From positions 12,774,001 to 12,838,000 of the forward strand of contig CM075988.1 in the NCBI GenBank assembly GCA_038087875.1: DNA of 64,000 nt, in the 5' to 3' direction. Below, piece after piece: positions 26,076 to 39,183 of this stretch. The notes below the pieces were generated by a model. The model did no database searches. It was not told where the DNA came from and saw nothing but the letters and a program-made list of their open reading frames with translations. Source of the stretch: Malacoraja senta. Its lineage: Eukaryota. Positions within the stretch are counted from its first letter, which is position 1, and each line of letters starts with the position of its first letter. The position numbers and the translations under genes are program-made.

Positions 26076-29000
26076 GCATAAGTTGTGTTATATCTAACTC
26101 AGGAGCACGGTATGAGGTGGAGGGAAATAGCTTAGATTCTTTCAAAAGGTTACTAGCCATGTATGTATGTATGTAAAGGAATGGGAAATTTTGCTAAGTT
26201 GAAGAGGAGATAAATGAGTAGTATGAAGATTGGCACAGAGTATAATAGCTTGAAGTATTTTTATCCCTGATATTCTCTTTAACTCTACGTAACTGAGCTT
26301 ACCTCAGCAACGGGAATACAAAGTGTCTCCCTGAACATGTTGCTCAACTTTGATTGAAGCCTAAGAAGAAGCAATAGACTGCAGAATAAATGTTGGGAAA
26401 ATTAAAAGTCACTTGCACAGGTACATTGGCCAAATGTGGGTAAATGGTACCAGCTTAGATGAGGTATCTTGGTTTGCATGTACGAATTGGGCCAATGGGC
26501 CTCTTTCTGTGCTGTATGACTATGAATCTCAGACTGATTTGCATGCAGGCCCTGTGCACTTTCCCATATCGATTCCAAGTGGGCAGCGAGCTGGAGATTA
26601 TTCAATGATCACGCATTGCGAATTCAAGTGCATGAATCTCAGGAGAGAGGGGAAAGAATTTGTCTCAAATTAATAACATCAGAAGGAATATTTACTGAAA
26701 TAAAATCTGAGCATTCCTCTTGGAATTTGAGTATTTTTCTTGTCTGCAGGATAGCTCTCTGCTTGTGTTTCAGAACTCGCCTCTCACATTAAGTGTGTCA
26801 GTTGTAATAAAAAATGGTTGAAAATAGGCATAGGAATAGGCCAATTAACCTGCTTGACCATAGCCGATTATCTAAATTCAATATCCTTTCCAGTTTTCCA
26901 CCCATATCCCTTCATTGTTCTCAGAAATCCATCTCACACTTCTGGTTGATTATACTTAATGATTTGGCTTCAACCATTTTCAGTGGGAAGGAATTCAACA
27001 GATTCAACGCTCTTTGGGAAATTTCTCTTCATCTCACTCTGAAAGGCTTCCCCCTGACCCTTCAGTATTCAAGGCAGATCCTTGGTGTATTAGGAATAGC
27101 CTTCCTGCACTTAATTTGTCCACACGTTAGAATTAGATTCAATGCAATACACTTTCATTCTTTTAAACCTTAGTGAATACAGGCCTAGTTGAACCAATCT
27201 CTCATCACTTGTCAAACCTGCTATGCCATGAATTAGTCTTGTGAACAACTTCAAACCAAACATACCTCTCACATATAGATAGACCAGTACTACGCATGAT
27301 ACTCAAGCTGTATCACCATGGCCCTGTATAATGATGGGACCCATCAAGGTCTTCTATTGTTTTGCCCGTCTCTATGTACTTTACAGCATTTTATATATAC
27401 TTTTAAAATTCAGCTAATTGTTTTAACAAAGAAAATCACGAGGGGAAAAATGTTCTTCCACTCAAGCAATTATAACGTATTTATTATACAATGGTCTAAA
27501 TGATCCAGTTCAATACGCAGCCAGATTTTATGTAATTTGCTTTGGAGAATAGTGCCAATGATTAGAAAATCTCCTGCTGGGTGAAATAGGATTTCCTGAT
27601 AGAACAGTGAAATCTATTAATGAGGATCATGCTGAACATACACTCGATGCTTATTTTTAACCAAAACCACGATCACTTTTAAACTACTATTAAAAAAATG
27701 CAAATTCAATCATATTAGTTACTCAGCTATTGAAAAAAAGAAGATTAATTATGCTGTTTAGTGGACAGGCAATGTATATTAAAATAAATTAAAGATAGGC
27801 ACAAAATGCTGGATTAACTCAGCGGCACTGGCAGCATCTCTGGAGAGAAGGAATGGGTGACGTTTCGGGTCGAGACCCTTCTTCAGAGTAGTATTGGGGA
27901 GAAGACTGGAGTGTAAAGAGAGAATCATGATAAGGGGAATATCAATTACATGATCATATTGATTGATCGTGGAAATAATTACCATGGCTGAGCTTCTTTC
28001 TGGATGCAATGTGGTGGTGTTCATAAATTATCTTAAACACAAGTGATTGGGATAGGATTGAAGCCTTCTGGCTCCATCACATTGAATCTTTTGTGCTTTT
28101 TTAGATAAATAAAGTGTGTATATATGAAAAGATAGATAGATTTCTGAAATTCCCTAATATGCAGGATGTCAGACAATTCAAGTCAGTGTGATTTGGTTTC
28201 TATTCTCCAGTGTCTCAATAAATGTTGCCATCATTAATGTGAACTCATCTGAACTATACTGAGACCAATGGAGGATTTGTCCATAATGATGCACATTATA
28301 AAGATTGAAAGTCTCAAAGAAATCAAGATATATTGATACTGAGATACTAAGTTTGCGATTAAGAAAGTAGGATTGCACCATACGAGACTGAGGGCTTGTG
28401 GGTTGGAGAGGGAAAGGGCTCCACAGTTTAATTTGTGTAAAATAATTAAATCTTCTCGAATGTTTAGAACTTCTTGATTTCAACAAAATAACCGGCATTG
28501 TATTATCTTTACTGCACAATAACAGGATTAACCTGCATTCCACTCCCTCATGCATTGTATGAAAAAACTGTCAGACAATTCATGATTTGTTATGTTAATT
28601 CATCGACATGGGTTTTCTTGAGTTTAAGGTGCTTTGCAGAGAGTCCATGACAGTTTGGTGAGTGGCTACAATCACACACAAATATATTTCCCCCCAAGAT
28701 GATGAAAGGCAGGATTGAGTAGAAATTCGGGATAGTAGGGTAAAGATTATAGTGGGGAGGAGATCAGATGTATGACACGGTGATGTGAATGTAATGGGAT
28801 AAAATTGGGATGGAACAAAGGTTGAAATATGGGCAGTGGAGGAGAAACTGGGGAATGGGCCGATTGGAAGTCAGGCCAAGAGATTAGTGTAGGAAGGAAC
28901 TGCAGATGCTGGTTTAAACCAAAGATAGATATAAAAAGCTGGAGTAACTCAGTGCGATAGGCAGCATCTCTGGAGGGAAGGAATGGGTGAAGTTTGGGTC

Positions 29001-31352
29001 GAGACCCTTCTTCAGAGTAGTATTGGGGAGACTATTGGAGAGTAAAGAGAGGATCATGATGAGGGGAATATCAAGGAAGACAGCAATGGGTCAGATAATA
29101 CATGATGAATTTGGCAGGAGAATAGGAGTGGGGGCAAATAAAGTTCTGAGGAGCTACGGAGAACATGGACTTGGAGTGGATACCAATCACGGCAATTAGG
29201 GATAATTATTCCCGATACGAAGCCTAAACAAGAAATTTCCCTGAAGAAAGTCGAAGCATGGTCATAGAATCTTTACTGCTTGGCTCCAAAGCAGCTGCAG
29301 TGACAGCTCATTTAGTTCATGCAGGAACAGACCTTATCTCTGTTGCAACTTTCGAGGTCCATTCTGTTTGTACATCACCTATATGTGGTAAAAGAAAAAT
29401 TGTGCATGCGTCACCATGTGTGGATTGCTGCATGCTGCTTGGTGTGATTACACATCTTCAGAGACCTTTCCGAACATGTATGTCACAGACATGGAGGACA
29501 CCACTAAACAGACGTGTTTGTGTTTTGTGATCTGTCTGTATGTTCTCCCTGTGATCTGCGTGGGTATTATCCGGGTGCTTCTGTTTCATCTCACACTCCA
29601 AACACGTGCTGGTTTGCATGTAATTTTGGCTTTGGTAAAACTGTAACATGTCCCTAGTACGTGTGTGTGCGGGTAGGATAGTGTTAGTGTGCGGGGTTCG
29701 TGAACTTGGTGGGCCGAAGGGCCTGTTTCCGCCCTGTATCTCTAAACTAAACTAAAGCACCTGATGATGTTTATCAATCCAGTCTAATGAAATTATGTTA
29801 CTTTGCTCCACACTATAAAAATGCCTGACCCTTGTATTTATTTAATGACCAGTAAAATTAATGGATCAACATTGAATTCAGCTACTGGCCTGAAGGTGGC
29901 ACTGGGTCACCTGTTTATTCCAGGTTACCGCATTTTCTATTGATTACAAGTGGGAAATTGTGGGTTAATTTATTTTAGTTTATCTTCCCTTGTGTTCTTT
30001 TTTGGTTTCAAGTGGGGAAAGTGGGCATTTCCTTCTCCAAATATATAAATTCCAACTTCTACATTTTAATATTGAGCCTTAAATGAAGAATTGGACGAAA
30101 TTCTACTTCCAACACTGACCCTGCCCACCTTTCCCCCTTCCACCCCATTTTAAAATGAGAGGGTCAGATCTGATGTCACATTAAAGCCCAGTCAAGTGAG
30201 TTCATGTTAAGTAAAATCAGTCTGTCTGGTGGTGATGTTTGGCCATTAGCCTTTTTTCCCCAAAAAATGGCTAACGTATTGGGTGCCACTACCATAAGGA
30301 ACACTTTCACATGGCCAGGCTTTGTCCTGCTCCCAACTCTTTTCAAATTTCCTCCACCCCAATCCAATAAGTCTGAGGAAGGGTCCTGACCCGAAACATC
30401 TCCTGTTCATTCCTTCCACAGATAAATTTAGTTATACAGCAGGGAAATAGGCCCTTCAGCCCAACTTGCCCAGGACGATCAAAATGCTCCATCTATTGTT
30501 GTCCCACCTTCCTGCATTTGTCCTATATCCCTCTAAATCGTTCCGATCCAGATACCCGTCCACATGTCTTTTAAATGTTGTAATGCTACAGAATGTTGCC
30601 TGACCTGCTGAATCACTCGAGCACTTTGTGTTTTGCTCAAGATTCCAGCATCTGCAGTGTCTTGTGTCTCACGTGGCTACTTGTTGTAACGTTGAGTTTG
30701 CACTATGCTCGCAACTTTAGTTGGGGGTGGACCACTGAATAAATTGTTGTGAATTCTTGATGTTCCAAACCCAAATGGGTGATATAAGGTAACCCAGTTA
30801 CCAGATTACTTCAGATGAACCCACATAACACTGCAGTGGCCAATCCTTAGTTTCCCACTGGCACGTGGCATCTTTTATCTCGGGAAACATGTCACCTATT
30901 GGTGTTAATTTGTTAGAGTTTGTTTTTGATGGAGTAATCATTCACCTGGGCACAACTAACTAGAGCCATCTTTCATATTGTGATGGAACAGATTCAGATA
31001 AATTATGCTCATATTTGTGCTGTCACAAGTGATCTGTTGAGGTCAGCAGATCATTCTTGTTCAAGTCCAATTACAGTGTTAATGTGATCAGTCATGGCCC
31101 AAGCAGAATGGAGCAAACTCAATGACCGTTACAATGAAGGGCAACTAACTTGGCAACAAAATAAGTACCAGGAAACAAAATGGACACTTTACACTTACTA
31201 AATTAAACCTAATTAAAATTTCTAGCACAATAAATATATCATTCAGTTATGAATTTTAAGATTGGAAAGAGAGTTTAAGCTGGGGTTGTTTTACTTGGAT
31301 CCAGGCATATTGAGGGGAGTTTATTTGAAAAAAAACCCATACTTACTGAATA

Positions 31353-31705
31353 GTGAAAGGCCTGGATAGAGTGGATATGGTGAGGATGTTTCCACTAGTG
31401 GGAGAGTCTAGGGCCAGAAGTCATAGCCTCAGAATTAAAAGACGTTCCTTTAGGAAGATGAATAGGAATTTCTTTAGTCAGAGGGTGGTGAATCTGTGGA
31501 ATTCTTTGCAAGGCTGTGGAAGCCAAGTCAATGGATATTTTAAGCCAGAGACAGATTCTTGATTAGTACGGGTGTCAGGGGTTATGGGGAGAAGAAGGCA
31601 GGAGAATGGGGTTAGGAGGGAGAGATAGATCAGCCATGATTGAAGAGTGGAGTAGACTTGATGGGGCCGAATGGCCTAATTCTGCTCCTATTCCTTATGA
31701 CCTTA
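31353..31705 (+). mobile_element. CR1 LINE 3' fragment
   Basis: KGLDRVDMVRMFPLVGESRARSHSLRIK...FFSQRVVNLWNSL. Confidence 0.85.
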
Positions 31706-32476
31706 ATTTTAGCAGCCTTGTAGTTGACAGAATAACATTGTAATTAAATTGCACATAGTGGAACGATGAACTTTTTAAATTTATATTACAAATGTAAAGA
31801 CATTTGAAACTGTAATCATGGTCACACATATGTTTTGTGAACTTTATTCAGATGTTCAATAAACTGTGCCTGCCCACAATTCAGAGATGATTTTTGTTCA
31901 TCTTTGATGGTATACTTCATTGATATGAACATTGACTGCAACAAACGGTCTCCAATTTCTGCAGCAAACACTGCTACAAAATCATCTTGTTTACCTGTAG
32001 GAGGTCAATTACTTGTAAGGATCATTAATCCAGAAACTGTTCTTTTGCGCAGAATAACACAGAAAAATCAGTTGATTAAAATCAAGTTCTTACACTCGGG
32101 GGAATGTTTGTTTCACCACACGAATAAGTGATTCCACTCTAACTTTAATTAAATGTTGAGGGTGTTTAATTTAGAATTCCTAGACACAGTTGCAACACTT
32201 TCACAGCGAATACAGGCAATTAATGTGTTATGATATTAACTAGCAATTTCCTGTACATGCACAGTCATAACTTGCAAGTATTAATTGGAATATGGTGAGA
32301 AGACCTGGTCATTTTTGCTTCAGTCTTGCAGGTTACTAAGTGAATTCAGCCCATGATGAGATTGTTTATTACAATGCTGCTTTCTTTAAAGTCATACTCA
32401 AACTTTCAGTAGAATTTAGGAAGCTCAACATTGTTGACCTCTGTCGTGATGATAAATAGGGCATATGGGATGCTTG

Positions 32477-32561
32477 CTTTCATAGGTCGGGGCATTGAGT
32501 ATAAGAGTCAGGAAGTCGTGATGCAGCTTTATAGGATTTCAGTTAGGCCGCATATGGAGTA
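32477..32561 (+). repeat. 85-bp duplicated host target (left copy; right copy at 41730-41814)
   Basis: ctttcataggtcggggcattgagtataagagtcaggaagtcgtgatgcagctttatagga.ttcagttaggc.gcat.tggagta occurs on both sides of the ERV; 3 mismatches in 85 bp. Confidence 0.92.
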
Positions 32562-32795
32562 CTTGCTTTGAGTCCGTCTTGGTTTCTGTTTTCTCTCATC
32601 AGCACGCTCTGGCCAAGTCAACCTTTTATCGTATCCCACCATAATTCCGAGGTCTAGAACCCAGGGGAACCCTTTTTTTGTATTCTTTCTTGGGAAGCGC
32701 TCGAGTGGAGTGGTGGCCGTTTGACCCACTGACAAGGGAGAGAATCACTCGGGCAGTTGGGCCCGAAGTGGAGCAAAAGGAACAAAACCCCTACA
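32561..32795 (+). repeat. Truncated 5' LTR (approximately U5 only, 235 bp)
   Basis: Aligns without gaps to 41495-41729 with 10 mismatches in 235 bp by my count; ends ...CCCCTACA just before the PBS. Confidence 0.9.
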
Positions 32796-32797
32796 GA

Positions 32798-34665
32798 ATG
32801 GTGACCACGGCAGGACCTCGGTGGTTTGGGATATGTGACTTGCCAGAGGGGGTGAGAGAATGAAGCAAGATGGAGGAGAGAATCTCCTCTTATCTGTTTA
32901 AAAAGATCAATCTCACCAAACAATGGGTGATAGCACTTTTGACAGCACAGCCGCCCGCAGCAGCTGCAGCAGAATGGACGGAAAGTAAAGGTTATAATAA
33001 AGGTCAGGAAAAGGCAGTTTGGCTAGCGTGCCTATCACAGCAAGTAGCCAAAATGGAGAGACAGGTAGAGAGTCTAGAAGAGCAACTAAAAAAAGCTAGG
33101 GCCAGCGCTGAGGAAAGCGCTAGAGAAGGGGAAGGGCTAAGTGAGGAACTCAGTGAAGCCAGGCAGTGTATCTTGCAGGCTAGGGAGTCCCACAGAAATG
33201 CCCAGGAATTCCTCCAATGTCAGGCGGTAGAGGCAAAGGAGAGGGAACGGAATGCCCAGGAACTCCTGGCTCAGAGTACACAGAGGTACAGGGAGCTGGA
33301 GGGAAAGTTCCAAGATATCCAAGCAGCATACAGGGTGGCCCGTAGCGAGCTAGGGGATTGTGATCACGGGCCTTGCCAGGCAAGGATAGCACAGCTGGAG
33401 GAGACTCTGTCCAAGACTAGGGGACGGGTTCACCTGGTAGGACCAGGGGGGTCCCCCAGGGGCAGAGGGCTTCCCTCAGCACGTGATTCCCCAGGGGCAA
33501 AGGGGAATAGACCACCTCCTGAGGCGCCGGGAATAGGTCCGGGTCGGCAGGTGGGGTTCGGGTTGTCCGGGGAGGGACAGGCCCAAGTAGGGGCGGGAGA
33601 GCACCCTCAGTTAGCGGCGTCTGCGCCATGTGTAGCATACCATGAGGTGGTGGGGTTACCGATCATGGTGGGAGAGCAGGGGGTAATGGGGCAACAGCCC
33701 CGGGTAGGGCAGATGTGCCCGGTACGGCAAAGGAAATATGATCCCCCGGTAGGGCAGGCAGATAGGGGGCCCATAGAGAGTGATATCATCATTCCCCATG
33801 GGGGATGGTGGCTCAAGTTCCCAGGTTAACCAGGGCGGGAGACCCGTCATTGCATTTTATGGAGGTGCAGCAGGCAGCCGACATAAACAATTGCGATGAG
33901 GTAGAACGGGTAAAGCTACTACTGATGACCCTGGATTTCTACCTATGCAAGGCGGTGACCTCCAGGGAAGGGGGAAGACCTGAAACATGGGTAGCGGCAC
34001 AGACGGTGATCCTGGAGGCCATGGGGTTGAATCAGGGTAGTCCTTTCGCCAGGGTGGGGGAGACGAAGCAGCAGGTAGCTGAGTCCCCGGACATGTTCGC
34101 AGACAGACTGTGGGCAGTGTATGAGGGAGCGTGTGGGACGCCTTTAGATAGGCGGAATTTAGATGAGCGATCAGCCCACTGGCTGAAGACTCTGGTAGCG
34201 AATTGCCTCCCGCGAGTTAGGGCAAAGGCCGAGCACTGGTTCGACCCAGCGGACCCAAACCTTAACGAGGCGGAGGTAATAAGGAAGCTCACCCTTGCGT
34301 ATCGCAACGGGGAGAGAAGTGAGGAGAAGCCCATTAAGGGCAAGGTGCACAATATAGTACCGGCACCCCCCAAAAGGAGGGAGTGGAAACAGGAAGGCAG
34401 CCGGACCTCTTCCGAGATGAGGCCAGTGTGCTATGGGTGTGGGAAGCCCGGGCACTACAAGAGGAAGTGCAGAAACCCAAGTAGAGCAGTGGATAGGACC
34501 CCGGTAACAGCCGACCCAGCCCCGGAGGAGGGAGCGGCCGTGCCGGGAACAATAGATGTAAAAGATCTATTGGCCTATTTGCAGTCAAAGGCGGGAGGGT
34601 CCGGACAGGTAGCCATGGCAACAGGCCAGGGCGCGCCCGTATCCGCACCCCCGGCACCTTTATGA
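32798..34665 (+). pseudogene. gag: Retroviral gag (disrupted): N-terminal coiled coil, capsid-like region, single CX2CX4HX4C zinc knuckle
   Basis: ORFs 32870-33829 and 33805-34665 are joined by a frameshift near 33800. Heptad-rich LSQQVAKMERQVESLEEQLKK...; knuckle CYGCGKPGHYKRKC; upstream in-frame ATG at 32798 separated by one TGA (32861). Confidence 0.85.
32799..32816 (+). promoter_or_regulatory. Primer binding site, probably tRNA-Arg(UCG)
   Basis: TGGTGACCACGGCAGGAC, 3 nt after the LTR-terminal CA. It matches the complement of a vertebrate tRNA-Arg(UCG) 3' end as I recall it (TGGCGACCGCGGCAGGAC), with two CpG-type transitions. Confidence 0.7.
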
Positions 34666-37600
34666 CTGCCAGCAAAACAGCCCACATTCCTATGCCCGTT
34701 AGAGTATGGCCCATGTGGGAGACCCTGGGTCAAGATGGAGGTCCAGGATGTGGTCGGGAGTTACCTGCTGGACACAGGTGCTTCCAGTACCATTGTCCAC
34801 ACGGACAATCCCCGTACATCCCCTCTATCTAGTGGGGTGCCCTATAGTCTTGTCGGTTTTACGGGAAACGAGAAGACGGGGATTTTCTCTGTTCCCTTGT
34901 CCATTCGAGTAGGAGCACTCCAGGAGCAGTGGAAGTGCGTCCTGATGAGTTGGGAGCAGGAGGGAAAGGGGATACTAGGCGCCGACTTTATAGTGGCCCA
35001 CCAGGTCCTGGTGGACCTGAGGAACCACTGTTTGTGGGGCATAGCAGGAGAAGGGGCTGAGAGAGAGAAGGAGGTAATGGTCATCGAGAGGGCACCAGAG
35101 AGAGGGGCGCTGTGTGTCGTGACGCCCAGAGAGGGGTACGATGTAGAGGCCCTAGTGAGGCAGACCCCGACAGAGTATCGAGGCCATGTTAAGCGAAATT
35201 TGGCCGCATTCGCTACTCACAAGCACGACTGTGGAAGGGTCACAGGAACAGAGGTCAGGATAGACGGGGATCCCATGTCCCGACCGCAGAAACAGTATAG
35301 TTTTCCCTGAGAAGCGGAGGCTGACTTAGAAGTCGCCCTGAGTTCACTGGTTAAGCAAGGCGTTTTGAGGCCCATAGCCACCCACGTGAACTCACCGCTC
35401 TGGCCCGTACGGAAGCCAGACAATTCATGGAGGGCCACGGTAGATTATAGGGTCCTGAATAAGAATATTCCGGCTTGCGCACCAACTGTGGCAGCCGTAG
35501 CAGACCTATTAGGGGAAATTCCGGCGTCTGCATCTGTATTTACGGTGCTAGACATCTTGAACGGTTTCTGGTCTATCCCGGTCAGGAAGGAAGACCAGTA
35601 CACATTTGCTTTCACATTCAAGGGGCAGCAGTACACGTGGAACTGTCTTCCCCAAGGTTTCCACAATAGCCCCAGCATTTTCCACCAATGTATGGCGGAA
35701 TGTTTAAAGGAATTCAGTGAGCCCCACAAGGTCGTCCAGTATGTGGATGATATTTTGCTATTCACGGACACCAGTGAGGAACATGGGCCCCTACTAAACG
35801 AACTGCTGGAGCTGCTCTGTAAGAGTGGATTAAAAGTAAATCCCAAGAAGGCACAGATAGGGTTACAAGAGGTAAACTTCTTGGGACTGACCCTTAGGGC
35901 CGGAGAAAGGGGTATCGATACAGCAAGAAGGCAGGCAGTGCAGGAACTCCCAGTCCCAACGGATGTGGGGGGGGGTAAGGTCATTTCTGGGAGTCACGGG
36001 CTACTGCCGAGACTTTATAGAGGACTATGCCGCAGCCGCAGCACCTCTGCTCCGGCTGCTACGCAAAGGGGTAGAGTGGGAGTGGGATGAGCAGTGCGAG
36101 TCGGCATTCGTCCATTTGAAGCGGGACCTGCAAAAGGCCCCAGCTATGGGAGCCATCGATACAGGGAGGAATTTTTCCTGGAGGTAGCCGCCGGCAGCGA
36201 CGGCCTGAGCGCAGTGCTCCTCCAGGAACGGCACGGCAAGTTAAGGCCAGTGGTGTATTCCTCCAGAGCCCTCACAGAGGTAGAAAGGTCCTATTCAAAC
36301 TGTGAGCGGCACCTGCTAGCCACATACTGGGCAGTGAAGAGGGTACAGGTCTTCATAAGAATGTCCCCCATAACCCTCCTGACCCACCATACCCCAACCC
36401 AGATGCTGCTGGACGGTCGGATTAAGGATGGGACCGTTAGCAGTGCGAGGATCACTCGCTGGACCCTTCTCCTTTCCCAAATGGCCTGACGGGTTGAGAG
36501 GCTATGTGAGCCCAAGCTCGCAGCCAATTTCGTGTACCCAGGGGAGCCACACCGTTGCTCGGTGGAAGGGGTATGGGAGGTGGACTTTGGGCTTAGAGCA
36601 GGGTTACATCCCACGGGTAGGGAAATATACGTGGACGGGTCCAGTTTCGTGTCCGAGGGCATACGGCTCACGGGCTGTGGGATCTGGGACCCCGAGGCGG
36701 AGATAGCCCTAGCCCTTAAACTCCCACATACGTTAAGCGCCCAGCAGGCCGAGCTGGCGGCGGTAATGTACGTGGTCACCCATCCCGAGCGTTTCCCCCC
36801 TCCATACACCATATGTTCGGACAGCATGTTCACATGCAATTCCTGCACGGAATATCTGGCCATCTGGTCCCGCCGCGGGTACACCTCATCGGACGGGAAG
36901 CCCCTGACCACTAAACCCCTATTAGAGAGGATTGTAGCAGCCGTAGGGAAGGGCGGGGATAGATATATCCATAAGGTGAAGGCCCATTCCAAAACGGAGC
37001 CACGGGGCGAGGGAAATCAGAGGGCGGATTGCTTGGCCAGAGAAGGAGCCAGGAGTGGGAAAGCATGGGACCCCTATGAGGAAGGACAGGTAGCTGCAGT
37101 CAGGGAGCGGCCTCGAGAAAAGGGGAGTGCGGGAGTGGTTTTGGCCCCGGACCTGACCACGGTCCAGGCACAAGACCCTATTTTAAAGGCTGCCTCAGCA
37201 GCCATTTGCAGGCAGGAGAAGATAGAGGGACCATATGGGGGTAAAGACATGTCAGTAAAGGAAGGCATGTTATTCAAGGGAGATAAGTGGGTAGTGCCTT
37301 CCCTGTACAGAAGGGAATTTATAAAACTAGCCCATGAGGGTCATGGGGCAGGTCAACCCGGGCCAGAGACCACATGGCAGTGAGTAGAGATGGCAGGATG
37401 GTGGCCAGGGCTCAGGGGAGACATTCGCGACTTTTGCGCAAGCTGTCTGGTTTGCGCAGCAAACATCCCAGACCCCCAGAAAAGGAAGGTTTCTATGGGA
37501 CACATCAGGAGGGTGGTGGGGCCATGGCAGTCGATTCAAATCGACTACATCGGACCCCTTCCAACCGCTCAAGGGGGTTACAAGTACTGCTTAATCCTTG

Positions 37601-38734
37601 TGGATGTGTTCTCAAAATGGGTAGAGGCCTTCCCTTGGAGAGCAGCCACCACTATGGGTACAGCAAAAATCCTGGTTAGGGAGGTGTTCACCAGGTGGGG
37701 ACTCCCACAGTTCGTGGAGTCAGATCAGGGGAGCCATTTCACGGGACAGGTCATGCAGTCCACCCTTAGAATACTGGGCATCAAGGACAAGTAGCATGTG
37801 GCCTACCACCCCCCATCCTCAGGTCCGGTAGAGCGGTTGAACCGGACAATAAAGGAAAGGATAAGGAAGGAAACAGGGGACTTTTACCCCTGGTCCTTAT
37901 GGGGATTTGGGCCAGCCAGTCCAGGAGTATGGGGTACTCTCCCCATGAGCTTATGATGGGCCGGGTCATGAGAACGCCTATGCACGTTATGGTCCCAGCC
38001 TTAACAGAGGGACAGCTCAGGGAAGTGAATCGGGACAAGTTCGCCAAGAGGCGATTTGAACAACTTAGGCAGGTTCACTGGCAGGCAGCCAGAAACATGG
38101 GGGCCCAGCACCAAAGAAACAAGCTACTGCTGGAGCCTCGCAGGCATTGCGAGTGGGCAGTGGGGGACCAGGTAATGGTCAGGAGATATGCTAGGGTAGG
38201 GTGTTCGATACAACATAGTGGACAAGGCCAGTCCCATGGTGTATGCCATTCAGCTTCCCCGTAGAGTCAAATGGTTCCACATCAACCAGTGTAAATTGTT
38301 CGACCCCACAAGGGCAGGGAAAAGTAAGAAAGGGGTATATGTCAGGGAACAGGATCAAGAACAGACCCGGGTTGATGTGGAAACCGTAGGGGAGCCAGGC
38401 GAGTCCACAGGTAGTCAGCCTGAAGTAGCCTGCTGTGTCCCAGGGTGAGGACTGGAAGCAGCGGAGAAGGAGGTTGACTCCGCAGGCAGGTACCATAGAC
38501 TGCCTAAGAGAGGCAGAACTAGCAGAAGCAGAGGAGATGGAGGTATCACCTCAGGTGTGGGAACCCCCGGTCAGACGTAGGAGTAACAGGGTCACTAAAC
38601 CCCCAGTAAGGTGGTCCCCATCCCTAATTAAACCTAGGGCTAGGGCCGGCCACAGGAGGGCAGGGAGGGAGAGTGGCCGAAACAGGGCAGTACGGAGTGC
38701 GGCTGGAGGGAGCCCGTCTCCGGAGGGAACGTAG
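34666..38734 (+). pseudogene. pol: Retroviral pol (disrupted): protease, RT, degenerate RNase H tether, RNase H, integrase with basic C-terminal tail
   Basis: PR LLDTGASSTIV...ILGADF; RT NSPLWPVRKPDNSWRATVDYRVLN, LPQGFHNSP, QYVDD; tether LSAVLLQE...YSSRAL..VERSYSNCERHLLA; RNase H IYVDGSS/SAQQAELAAV/CSDS/KVKAHS..GNQRAD; IN H..C..C, QIDYIGPLP, VDVFSKWVEAFP, SDQGSHF, VERLNRTIK; tail RRSNRVTKPPVRW. Stops at 35308, 36487, 37381 and 37792, plus several frameshifts. Confidence 0.93.
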
Positions 38735-39163
38735 GGGTATCTCGAAACCCCGTAGTGCAAAAGGAGGTGAGGGGCAGTCAGGCCCCTCGACAGGAGGAGT
38801 TCTGGCCTGCACGGGTGGGCCCACCAGAGGGGTGGCCCCAGCGTGACGGGGACCAGTTATGAGTTGGCCACCCGGAGACGGGTGGCGTTGTATATAGCAT
38901 TGGTTTGTGTGTGAGTAGATGTAGTACGTGTTTAGTAATAAGATATAGGGTTTTGTATAGATACAGGGGAGTACAGGGACGGACAGTACGGGAACGTCGG
39001 CTGCATCGAAGGGATGGGCTGTGGAAAAGTAGACCACAACAGACAAAGGCAAAACCCCGAATGCCATTATTAGGACGGTAGCCGCTACCGTCGGCCGGAT
39101 GGCCACTCTTCCATGGGTGTGATGGAGTGCAGGGAGGCGAATAGCGATGTGGAGGAAAGGAGG

Positions 39164-39183
39164 TGTTTTGCTTTGTTTTCCAG
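39164..39183 (+). promoter_or_regulatory. Putative env splice acceptor
   Basis: tgttttgctttgttttccag immediately followed by ATG (39184; MDSPAVWMMATWFW, signal-peptide-like start). Confidence 0.6.
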
